A DNA stretch of 64,000 bases from the NCBI GenBank assembly GCA_030390025.1, contig CM059432.1:23686001-23750000 (forward strand). The letters are read 5' to 3'. Below are positions 13,640 through 24,443 of the stretch, one piece after another. The first letter of the stretch is position 1. Each line of letters opens with the position of its first letter. A program made the position numbers and the translations under genes. This DNA is from Squalus acanthias. Lineage: Eukaryota. A model generated the notes under the pieces. The model saw only the letters and a program-made list of their open reading frames with translations. It was not told where the DNA came from and searched no databases.

Positions 13640-14616
13640 AGGGTCTGGCAGTACAAAGAAGGTTCACTCGGTTAATCCCGGGGATGAGGGGGTGGACATA
13701 TGAGGAGAGGTTGAGTAGATTGGGACTCTACTCATTGGAGTTCAGAAGAATGAGAGGCGATCTTATTGAAACATAATGGCCCAGAAATTGATCCGGCTGC
13801 GCGAGAGTACGCACAGTGTACACTCACGCAGCCAGACTTCAATTGCCGGTTTTCAGCATGCACTGAAAACCGGCAATTGATCTTTCGAAAAGGGGGCGGG
13901 TCCTCAGTGCACCGCGTGCGCGCTACAGGCTGCGCGCACGCAGTGCACTTCATCGCTTGCGCACGCAGGTAAGTATTGAAGAATCTGGAAAAGAAAAAAG
14001 GAAGCGCAGGAGACACTTTTAACCAGGTAAGTACATAATTAAGTAGTATTTAGAATTTTTTTTTACAGGTAAATCTTTAGTAGCGACTTTAAAGACAGGT
14101 AAGTTTATTTTTATAACATTTTAAAAGATTTAAAATTTTTTCAAAAATTTATTTTTTTGTTTAAAAAGGTTAATTTATTTAATTACACTTATTTTAATTA
14201 TGTGATGGGGTTTTTTTTTAATTTAATGGAGGTTTAGCTCTTCTTTTGGGGGCTCTTTCAAAACTGAGATGAGGAGAAACTTCTTCACTCAGAGGGTAGT
14301 AGGTCTGTGGAATTTGCTGCCCCAGGAAGCTGTGGAAGCTACATCATTAAATAATTTAAAACAGAAATAGTCAGTTTCCTAGAAGTAAAGGGTTACGGGG
14401 AGCGGGCAGGAAATTGGACATGAGGCTGAGTTCGGATCGGTCAAGGCCCTGTGGGTGGCGTAGCGGGCCCAGGGGCTGAGTGGCCGGGTCCTGCTCCTAC
14501 TTCTTGTGTTCTTTAGATTTCAGGTTAGGATCAGATCAGCCATGATCTTATTGAATGGCGGAGCAGGCTCGAGGGGCCGATTGGCCTACTCCTGCTCCTA
14601 TTTCTTATGTTCTTAT
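13640..14616 (+). mobile_element. CR1 3' fragment interrupted by a truncated family-A MITE (13778 to about 14253)
   Basis: VQRRFTRLIPGMRGWTYEERLSRLGLYSLEFRRMRGDLIET, then the MITE starting GGCCCAGAAATT (homologous to 24444-25207). CR1 resumes and ends in ttcttatgttcttat. Confidence 0.85.
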
Positions 14617-15485
14617 ATACTTTGTACACAAGCATTTATACCAAATTGAAATTATACATTATCAGTTAATGAAAGTATTTTCTGTGCCTTTCTGAATAAA
14701 CAAATAGTGTTTTCTTCTAAAGTAGCTTCCTGCAATTTTTATACATCATTACATAACTCTTGTTTCTATTAAGAGGAAATCAATATTTACATTATTCCTG
14801 GGATTTGTTCAGACTGTAGAACGACAGACAAAATAAAATGGTTTGTGTTTTTCCCCTTTTTTGGTTCTCTTCCTAAACTTCTTAATGATTTTTTTTTAAA
14901 GTCAATAAAAAGTAATATGTAACTCCTACAAATCCGCCCCTACCCTCCCCCTCCTCAAAAGCATGGTTGCATGTTTGTGTAAAGCGTCTAACTTCACTCG
15001 ATCATTCAAAATCAAATATTGAGAAATTTCAATTTTAAAACATTTTAAGCATTTCAGAGTCTCTTTAAAAGCACCTGGACTTCAAGACCTGGTTGAAATT
15101 TGTTTAGATGAGGGGAAAATTGATTTTTGCTTCTGTTTCTTCCAAAATCGTATTCAAAACTTAGCGGGGGGAAAAAAAAGTGTTTTTAACAATCACTTTT
15201 GTGCGAAGTTTTGTTAAAAATCGTTAAATTCTTTCAAGTCTCATTGCAGCTTTGACAGAAGAAGTTCCTCCAAGTTTCTCTTTCCCTCTTCAACGCTGTC
15301 GTTAAACATACAATAAAAAAAATAATAAAATAAACTCTAATTCCAAACGGAGCTCAACTAAGAAAGTGAATAAAGTGGTTAAAGTCCCCCATCCTAAGAA
15401 TGCGGTGAGGTTATCTATCGCCTAACTTGGCGATGAGTTGGGATCAGTTTTGGAGAAGTTGTTTCCCCTTTTTCTGCTGCCGTTC

Positions 15486-15907
15486 ATAGAAACATAGAAT
15501 CTAGGAGCAGGAGTAGGCCATTCGGCCCGTCGAGCCTGCTCCACCATTCAATACGATCATGGCTGATCATCCAAATCCAGTACCCTGTCCCTGCTTTAAT
15601 CCCCACAGTACACATATCCCACCCGACCCCCGTAACCCCACGTATTTAATTCCCCCTAACATATCCCATCCTATCCCCATAACCCCACATATTTAATCCC
15701 CCCCTAACACTAAGGGTCAATTTATCATAGCCAAATCAACCTAACCCGCACATTTTTGGACTGTGGGAGGAAACCGGAGCACCCGGAGGAAACCCACGCA
15801 GACACGGGGAGAATGTGCAAACTCCACACAGACAGTCACCCGAGGTCAGATTCGAACCCGGGTCTCTGGCGCTGTGAGGCACCAGTGCTAACCACTATGC
15901 CACCGTG
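15486..15907 (-). mobile_element. Full-length HE1/V-SINE (tRNA-like head, V domain, CR1 tail)
   Basis: Minus strand has A-box-like TGGCATAGTGG and B-box GGTTCGAATC. The body is the reverse complement of 2386-2750. Confidence 0.9.
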
Positions 15908-16340
15908 TTCCCTCCGTCTCTCACAGACTCTGAGGTACAAATGGGGGCACAAACATTTTCCCCTCTCTCACAACTTGATTTAAATAACCCTGATAAACTC
16001 TTTCAAAAAGGTGACGATACCTGGCAAAATTTAAGTGGAACTTACCGCGGGACATCCAACATCACTCTCCCATATTTTTTCTGGCTTTAAAGAATTTTCC
16101 GAATTTTTTTTTTCCGCATACTTTTGTTTCACCGCGGGCCTAAAAATTGTTTGCTTTAGTCTCCTTCCAGCGGCCATTGTACATGAGCTGCGTCTCCACC
16201 TGTGTTGTTCCAAATACTGAGCGGGGCCGCCACTCAGTCCCCGGGAACGGACTACACGTGTCTCCACAGAAAAAAGTACCGACAGAATCCCGAGGCAACG
16301 CTCGCCGGGTTGCAGGGCTCCGTATCTTAGCAAATGCCGT

Positions 16341-16511
16341 TCCAATTCGGATCGGCTCAGAGGTCACAAACGAGTCTCTGTGAGGATTCCTGGGTCACTG
16401 TGTATTGGGCTCCTCCCCCTGCTCCAGCTCACTGCGCAGCCTTTGAATTTAAGTGCGCGGGACCTTAAGGATCGCTGCCCGGCTGCGCACCTGTGCACCC
16501 TACAGGGAACA
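16341..16511. promoter_or_regulatory. Promoter-like module copy 1 (CCAAT, GAGGTCA, ATTGG, C-rich box, CDE/CHR-like TGCGC-AGCC-TTTGAA)
   Basis: CpG-rich local context and alignable with 17490-17651. Motifs read directly; function is inferred. Confidence 0.5.
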
Positions 16512-17172
16512 GTTGCTACAACCCTCCAAGATCTCTGCGCTCCTCCAATTCGGGCCTCTTGCGCATTCCCAATTTTAATCGCTCCACCATTGACGGCAGT
16601 GCTTTCAGCTAGCCGCACTCACTCTTCCTTCCAATGCAAGAGGCAACCTTTGTTGCCTCCCAGGCGGTTTGAATTCGTCAGCAGACAGATGTGCTAATTG
16701 GGTTGGCCTGTAGATAGTGAGGTGCCCCAACGTTTCTAAAAATATAAACCTGACGCCAGAATTCTGATTTGCAAAAGTAAGCTCCAATTTTTCCCACTTT
16801 ATATGTTATTAAGGTTTTTATTAACTTTCATCAGCATCAAGACTAAAACCATGAATCCCGCCGCCCCCCCTCTCCCCAGTGCAATATTGGATTGAGTAAA
16901 AAGTAGCTAATAAAAGTAAGTTAAACTTGTGTTTATCACTCTTCTTCCCTCTGCTAAAATGCTTCCATGCTTCACCTAATGATTGAAAGCCTGAAGTTAC
17001 AAACCCATCTGCCGTAGGCTCATTTTATTTTAAAAAGTGGATTCACGTACAGCTCAAAATTCGCACAAACTCGTTTCTCTCTTCCTCTCCTAAAACATGT
17101 CACTGCCATCTGACAGCAGCAAAGTACATTTCTTACTCACCTGTTGCGGGTAAAACTCGGCAACTCACTCAC

Positions 17173-17242
17173 CTGTCTAGGTTCAATAAGAAGATGAGGG
17201 TACACTTGGTATCTACCGATCTCTCCCACGATTTGAAAGCAT
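17173..17242 (-). pseudogene. Decayed SLC22A15-like first coding exon: FQIVGEIGRYQVY/(frameshift)LIFLL...CAG|GTGAGT
   Basis: Resembles the recalled SLC22A15 N-terminus FQAVGEMGIYQMYLCFLL..LLQ. Preceded by CCCACTATG and followed by a strong donor. Needs frameshifts and is short. Confidence 0.5.
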
Positions 17243-17489
17243 AGTGGGGGCCGGCTGCACTGATCTGGCCCGCTCTGATGTTCCCCGCGGTGACCGCGGA
17301 GTTTCTGTAACACAGCCCCCCAGAACCGTGGCACCAAAGGAGAAGGGAGGACACGCTGCCCTCATCACCATGGGAACCGGATGAGCTCGGCTTCTGCCTG
17401 CAGCACGCGGCATTTCTCAGAGGGCAACACAACCGACACGTCACCCGCTCCCTTAACATGTGACGGCTGCCCCAACTCCTTTGTTAATT

Positions 17490-17651
17490 TCCAATTGGGA
17501 TCGGCTCTGAGGTCACAAACGAGGATTCCCGGGCCATTGTCTATTGGGCCCCTCCCCCCGCTCCAGTTGTCCAGCTCAAGTGCGCGGCCTTTGAATTGAA
17601 GTCTGGGGGAAGTAAAAGATCGATGCATGGCCACGCACCTTAGAGGGAACA
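17490..17651. promoter_or_regulatory. Promoter-like module copy 2 (CCAAT, GAGGTCA, ATTGG, CCCCTCCCCCC, TGCGC-GGCC-TTTGAA)
   Basis: Direct imperfect repeat of 16341-16511. Confidence 0.5.
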
Positions 17652-17790
17652 ATGGTGTTGAGTAGCATTTAGTAACAATTGTAAAACAGTGCATCACCTG
17701 ATTTACCATACGCAACTCCACAGGAGACGCCTATATATTAAAAGTTTTCAAGCGTGTTGTCACACTTTGTATAGTCACAAATACATTCCA

Positions 17791-18465
17791 TGGCTATCAC
17801 TCTCTCCTGCTTTCTATCCTATCACTGACCTTCCCTTTTGTTCTTTCATCCCCTCCCCCATTTCCCCGCCCCTAAACCTGCTGTAAAATCTATTCCATTT
17901 CCTGCTTTTTTTCCAGTTCTGACGAAAGGTCTTCGACCTGAAACGTTAACTCTGTTTCTCTCTCCACGGATGCTGCCTGGCCTGCTGAGTTTTTCCAGCG
18001 TTTTCTGTTGTTATTTCGGATTTCCAGCATCCGCAGTATTTTGCTATTGTATTAGTGTTTGGCTCACTGCCACCTCTCTTCTAGGAATGCCCACCTTGAA
18101 GAAGTTCTGCTCTTCTCTTCGACGGGATTTCCGTTTGCCTCTTCAACCTTGTTCATCTTCATTGCTTTCAGTTTCCCTTCTCGTGTTTGATCAGGTATCT
18201 GCTTGAATATCTCTCAATCTCTCCTGCTTTCTATCCTATTACTGACTCTCCCTTTTGTTCTTTCATCCCCTCCCCCATTTCCCCGCCCCTAAACCTGCTT
18301 TAAAATCTAATCCATTTCCTGCTTTTTTCCAGTTCTAACGAAAGGCCTTCGACCTGAAACGTTAACTCTGTTTCTCTCTCCATGGATGCTGCCTGGCCTG
18401 TTGAGTTTTTCCAGCGTTTTCTGTTGTTATTTTGGATTTCCAGCATCCGCAGTATTTTGCTATTG
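17791..18465 (+). mobile_element. Penelope-like element remnant: two tandem pseudo-LTRs with hammerhead motifs
   Basis: About 255-bp direct repeats (17800-18050 and 18215-18465) containing ctgacga..gaaacgttaac and gatgctgcctggcctgctgagttt, typical of PLE ends. A 16-bp TSD lies at 17667-17682 and 18466-18481. Confidence 0.85.
17915..17951 (+). ncRNA. Minimal type I hammerhead ribozyme motif
   Basis: AGTT-CTGACGA-A-AGGTC(TTC)GACCT-GAAAC-GTT-AACT: stem I, core, stem II and a palindromic stem III. Confidence 0.75.
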
Positions 18466-18813
18466 ATTTAGTAACAATTGTTGGTTCAAGAGCAGTTAAA
18501 ACACGTCTGTTGGAATTGTTCATGTAAGAAAAATGCATATGTATCAGCAGATCTCCTGTGATGTTGTGGATGGGTAATTTGGGGTCTGTAGCACAGTTCT
18601 GATATTTAGCTGCTAATCCGATCACTGCTCAGGTACTTTCTGTGGAGAAATGGTCTAACGCTACACTTTGAGGGTAATTATTGTTGATTTGGGAAGTTTC
18701 TCTAGATTGGCTGCTGCTGGGCTGTCCAATCCTTTGAGGGACGTGAGGTTATCTCAAGGTCAGGAAATAACTAGTCTTTTTACATATGCTTTTGTTTTAA
18801 AAGAATGCTCAAT

Positions 18814-18926
18814 TGGAATGTGTTTGTGACTATACAAAGTGTGACAACACGCTTGAAAACTTTTAATATATAGGCGTCTCCTATGGAGTTGCGTTTGGTA
18901 AATCAGGTGATGCACAGTTTTACAAT
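18814..18926. repeat. 113-bp inverted repeat partner of 17678-17790
   Basis: Reverse-complement match with about 4 mismatches by eye. Confidence 0.95.
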
Positions 18927-19652
18927 GACAGAAGTGTTATGCCTATGTAATGCATAATGTCAAAGTGTATCTGTGTTTAAGCTGACCTGTCCCTTTAACC
19001 CAGAAAGTCCAATTTGCGTAAGTAAATGCAGAGGTCAGTGTGAATTTAATTGTGATTTAGTCAAGGAACTTTCCAAATTTGAATTGGTTTATTGGTTTCA
19101 GGTTGCAGCTCAGTTGTTTTGTGTGTATAATAAAGTGTGATGTCTACCTGCATTGATTTGTTTTTAATGTAAAACATGCTCCAGTTGTAGCTCAGAATTG
19201 GCATAAACCACCAGAGTAAACCTAACACACCATCAAGCATAACTTGTTCAATCTCTTAAGTGAAAATTCAAGACTTTTGGAAGCATTCAACATTAACAAG
19301 GCTATGAAATCAAAATTAATTTTTATCCAGAAAATCTCCTTTCTTCATTTAGCCTGGACAGTATTGGCTAGGAGGAATAAATGGATTGTATTCAAATCAC
19401 TTGTGGTCAGTGCTGTCACTCAAGGTACAGCCAAGAATGGTGAGTCTGTTGTCGCAGGATAAAGGAACATTTAAAGCAAAAGGTGAACAGATTGTGAGAT
19501 TTTTTTTCCAGTTTTAATTAAACAAGCTCTTCTCTGCCAAGTCAAATTTCTTTGTAATCACAAATAAAATACATTTCTCATCTTGAAAATTTACAGACAC
19601 ATTTCTTACTGATGTTTCTTAGGGTCTTTGTTAAACAAATTGGCCAAATTCT

Positions 19653-20045
19653 GGGGTATGGTAGCATAGTAGTTATGTTACTGGACTAGCAATCCAGAGG
19701 TCTGGACTAATGATCTGGAGACATGAGTTCAAATCCCACCATGGCAGCTGGGGAATTTAAATTCAGTTAATTAAATAAATCTGGAATAAAAAGCTAGTGT
19801 CAGTAATGGTGACCATGAAACTACCGGATTGTCATAAAAATCCAACTGGTTCACTAAAGTCCTTTAGGGAAGGAAATCTGCTGTCCTCACCTGGTCTGGC
19901 CTATATGTGACTCCAGACCCATAGCAATGTGGTTGACTCTTAACTGCCCTCTGAAATGGCAGCTCACCACCACCGTCTCAAGGGCAGTTAGGGATGGGCA
20001 ATAAATGCCAGCGACTCCCACATCCCGTGAATGAATAAAAAAAAA
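19653..20045 (+). mobile_element. tRNA-derived SINE
   Basis: A-box-like TAGCATAGTAG and B-box GAGTTCAAATCCC. The body ends cccacatcccgtgaatgaataaaaaaaaa. Confidence 0.75.
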
Positions 20046-20123
20046 GTTCCTCTAGTACCTCACATGGATTTCTGCACAGCAAACAAGAAAGTTTTTTTTT
20101 GACTGGTCCTTCTCTCACACCTA

Positions 20124-20576
20124 GGGCTGGATTTTCATTGACCCGTGGAGGCGGGTTTGGAGGCGTGTGGGGGGTTAAAATTGCGAAAACTGGCGGGCGG
20201 GCACAAGTCCGCCTCCATCCCGCCTCCACGCAATTTTCATGAAATCGTGTCTGCTGGTCCCGACTCCGTCCCGCCTTTAAGAGACGGGATAGGCTGTTAA
20301 GGCCCTTAACAAGCACTAAATTGGCTCTATAATGCCATTTTGAAAGGCCTTTGTGATTTTAACCCTTGATCTACGTGAAGCACGTCTGTTCTGAACCACG
20401 ATTGTGAAACCTGGCGGGAGCACATTTGGATAGCTGACTATCAGCTGCAGGTCCTCTATTACAACAGAGATGTGATGAAGGTAATAGTAGTATTAGGTCT
20501 GAAAGTCGCCTCTGATGCTGCTGCATTGAAGGTCTTCAGAGACTGCCTGGCCTTTGCTGTGAGAGGACCTGGATGC

Positions 20577-20626
<50 letters not shown>

Positions 20627-20881
20627 CTCATTTTGCATCCAGGTCCTCTCACCGCAAAGGCCAGGCAGTCTCTGACCTGCAATGCAGCAGCAATGATGAC
20701 ATCATCAGAGGCGACTTTCAGACTGAAACCACTAATTGGTTCATGGGTTCCCACATGCTGGAACTCAGTTGCCCAATTAGGTGAAAATTGCATCAATCTC
20801 CCACATCCAATCGCAGTCGGGTGGATAACACGAAATGCGGATGACACGACCCCAACCCGCCCCAGTATCAAAATCCAGCCC
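20124..20881. mobile_element. PIF/Harbinger-like MITE, family B, with internal inverted duplication
   Basis: TIRs GGGCTGGATTTT/AAAATCCAGCCC and TSD CTA. Confidence 0.9.
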
Positions 20882-21399
20882 CTAGCCTCTAACCATTCTT
20901 TCTTTGCAGCAATTTTGGGGGGAATTTTCTGGGGGCTCAGCAGGTGCAATCGGTGGCGGGTCGGGTGGGAAAATGTTTTTTTTGACAGCGGATTGGGACC
21001 CTGCTGTCAACCCGCCACCATGCGCCTTTCCCAGCTGCCGGGTCTGTCAGCACTGAACAGAGCCGACACACAGCGGTGGGGGAGGCAATTCGGGTCATTA
21101 TGACCTTGTTAACAGCCCATTAAGAAGTATTTTGAGCTCACCTTTACATTTTACGAGGTCAGCCACCCACGTGGTCCACGCTACTCGGGGATCACATCAG
21201 ATAAGCAGGTCGGGAGTTGTATGACCATGGAATCATCACATTACTTGACAGCTGCAAATGTGCTATAAAAACTCCCATCTCATATCTGTTCAATTTCCAA
21301 GCTCAGAAGCTGTTGCTTACTGCATTTGGAAGACAGATAGACAGATTAAGCTTTATGCAGGTTGCAAGTGTTTGGAGTAAACTCTCTGTCCAGTGTCAC

Positions 21400-24310
21400 T
21401 GCTATTAAAAATGAGTTAAACTGTCTGTACAGCAACGCACACAGTGTCCATAATAAAACAGGGGAGCTGGAGACAATCATGCATTGTGAGGATCCAGACA
21501 TAGTAGGGATTACTGAGACATGGCTACAGAAAAATCAGGACTGGGAATTAAACATTACAGGGTATAACATGTTTAGAAAAGATAGAGAGGGTAAAAGGGG
21601 AGGCTGGAGTAGCTGTACTTATTAGGGATAACATAATGGCAGTAGAAAAAAGTGACGCAGCTATCAGCAAAACAGAAATAGAATCCATTTGGATAGAGAT
21701 AAAAGATCATAAAGGATCAATCACACTCACAGGGGTAATCTACAGGCCACCTAATAGTGGAAGGGAGGTGGAGGAAGAAATATGCAAACAAATTAGGGAA
21801 ATGAGTAAAAGACATAGAATAATAATCATGGGGGATTTCAACTACCCCGTTATTAATTGGACAGAAGAGGTCGGTAAAGGGGATAAGGGAATGGAGCTCC
21901 TACAATGTGTACAGGACTCCTTTCGAACCCAAAATGTAAAAAGCCCAACAAGGGAGGATTCTCTATTGGATCTAGTGTTGGGGAATGAACCAGAGCAGAT
22001 AAGAGAAGTAAAAGTAGGGGAACATCTAGGCAATAGTGACCATAATATAATATGTTTTAAGATAATAATTGAGAAAGACAGGGGTATGACAAAGACCAGG
22101 GTAATATATTGGAGAAAAGCTGATTTTGAGGGGCTGAGAATAGAATTTGGGAAAATAAAATGGGCAACAATATTGGCAAACAATGATGTAGAACAGCAAT
22201 GGGAAGCATTCAAAACGGTGTTCAACAGTCAAGGAACAATATATTCCACTAAAAAACAAGAACAAGCTAAACACTAATGAGACACCATGGATGAATAAAG
22301 CCACAAGGGAAAAATAGAAGGTAAGGAAAGAGGCATACATTAAGTACATGGGCAGCAAGGGAGAGCATGACAAGAGAGAATATGAAGAGAATAGGAGAGA
22401 AGTCAAAAAAACAATTAGGAAGGCAAAGAGGAACTATGAAATTAAATTATCAAGGAACATGAACAAAACAGTAAAATATTTTTCAGGCACGTAAATAAAA
22501 AATGGAAGGTCGGGATGGGAATAGGGCCGCTAAGGGATGGACAGGATAATGCCACAGGCAATGATAGAGAGATGGCAGAGATATTAAACAATTACTTGCT
22601 TCAGTATTTACCAGGGAGATAGAACAGGTGGAGATGACATCAGATGATGAGACTAGTAAGGAAATAACTGCATTTAATATAAAATGAGGAGATATATTAA
22701 ATAAGCTAATCAATCTCAAAGAGTATAAAACCCCGGCCCGGACGGATTACATCCACACATTTTTAAAGAATCTAGGGAAGAGATAGCAGAGGCATTACTA
22801 CACATATTTAGTAATTTGTTAGAAAATGGTGTTGTGCCAGAGGACTGGCGGGTAGCTAACATAATGCTTATCTTTAAGAAGGGTGACAGAACATGTCCAG
22901 GAAACTATAGACCAGTCAGCTTAACATCGGTGGTGGGAAAAATAATGGAATCCCTACTAAAGGAGAAAATGGAAGAATATCTAGAAACTAAAAATATAAT
23001 AATAAATTGTCAGTATGGATTTCAAAAGGGAAAGTCTTGCTTGACCAACCTAATTGATTTTTTTGAAGAGGTAACAGAGAGAGTAGACAAGGGTAATGCA
23101 GTAGATGTAATTTATCTAGATTTTCTAGGCCTTCGATAAGGTACCACATAATAGACTAATGAATAAGGTCAGGGAATGCAGAGTCGGGACAAGTAGCAGA
23201 ATGGATAGCTAGCTGGCTTCAAGACAGAAAGCAGAGAGTTGGGGGTAAAGGGTAGCTATTCAGAGTGGCAGAAGGTGGGAAATGGTGTTCCACGAGGATC
23301 ATTGCTGGGACCACTGTTGTTAACAATTTATATTAGCGATTTAGACTTTAGAATCAAAAACACAATTTCTAAATTTACGGACAATACCAAATTAGGGGGG
23401 GGATAGTCAATACTGAGGATGACTGCAACAAATTACAAGAAGACATTAATAAACTTGCAGAATGTGCATATAATTGCCAAATGAAATTCAACACAGATAA
23501 ATGTAAGGTGTTACATTTTGGTAAGAAAAATAGAGAGGTCACATATTACTTGGATAATAAGAATCTAAATGGGTTAGAGGAGCAAAGGGATCTCGGAGTA
23601 CAAATACACAAATCACTAAAAGTATTAATACAGGTTAACAAAGCCATTAAAAATGCAAACCAAGCACTAGGGTTTATTTCGAGAGGGATAGAATTGAAAA
23701 GTAGTGAAGTTATGCTAAACTTGTATCGAACCTTGGTTAGTCCACACTTGGAGTACTGCGTACAATTCTGGTCGCCATATTATAAAAAGAATATAGAGGT
23801 ACTGGAGAGGGTGCAGAGAAGATTTACAAGGATGATACCAGAAATGTGAGGGTATACCTATCAGGAAAGGATGAACAGGCTGGGTCTCTTTCCTCTTGAA
23901 AACAGAAGGCTGAGGGGTGACCTAATAGAGGTCTTTAAAATCATGAAAGGTTTTGATAGAGTAGATACCGAGAGAGTGTTCCCACTTGTGGGGAAGAGCA
24001 AAATTAGAGGTGATCAATATAAGATAATCACCAAGAAATCCAATAGCGAATTCAGAAGAAACTTCTTTATCCAGAGAGTGGTGAGAATGTGGAACTCACT
24101 ACCACAGGGAGTGGTTGAAGCAAATAGTATTGATACATTTAAGTGGCTGTTAGATAAGCACATGAGGGAGAAGGGAATAGAGGGTTATACTGATCGAGTT
24201 AGATGAGGAAAGACAGGAGGAAGCTCGAGTGGAGTATAAATGCCGGCATGGACTGGTTGGGTCAAATGGCCTGTTTCTGTGCCGTATATCCTAGGTAATC
24301 CTATGCAATC
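21400..24310 (+). mobile_element. CR1 LINE covering nearly all of ORF2 (APE endonuclease + RT), multiply frameshifted
   Basis: LNCLYSNAHS, DIVGITETW, IYRPP, IMGDFN, SDHN, NYRPVSLTS and LEYCVQFWSP, followed by the 3' tail. Confidence 0.95.
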
Positions 24311-24443
24311 TTATTGATTCTACTCTGCTGATTGTTTCTCTAAGCTACCCTCTCTTATTCCTCCTAAGCACAAAATGCACCATTCTACAAACTCTTCCTT
24401 TTCCCTGCACCCTCGGTCTACTGAAATAAGTACTCATTACAGT

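Noticed and set aside
15830..15907. tRNA gene (also 19653-19745, 41105-41165, 50810-50878)
   Set aside because: The A/B boxes continue into SINE bodies, so these are tRNA-derived SINE heads.
17678..18926. DNA transposon with 113-bp TIRs
   Set aside because: No TSD is visible outside the two arms, whereas a 16-bp TSD brackets the left arm plus the Penelope repeats. Not fully excluded without a copy-number search.
20536..21103. ORFs with SLSLSL/RERERE tracts (also 4006-4479, 10923-11138)
   Set aside because: Translations of the (TC)n microsatellite in non-coding MITEs.
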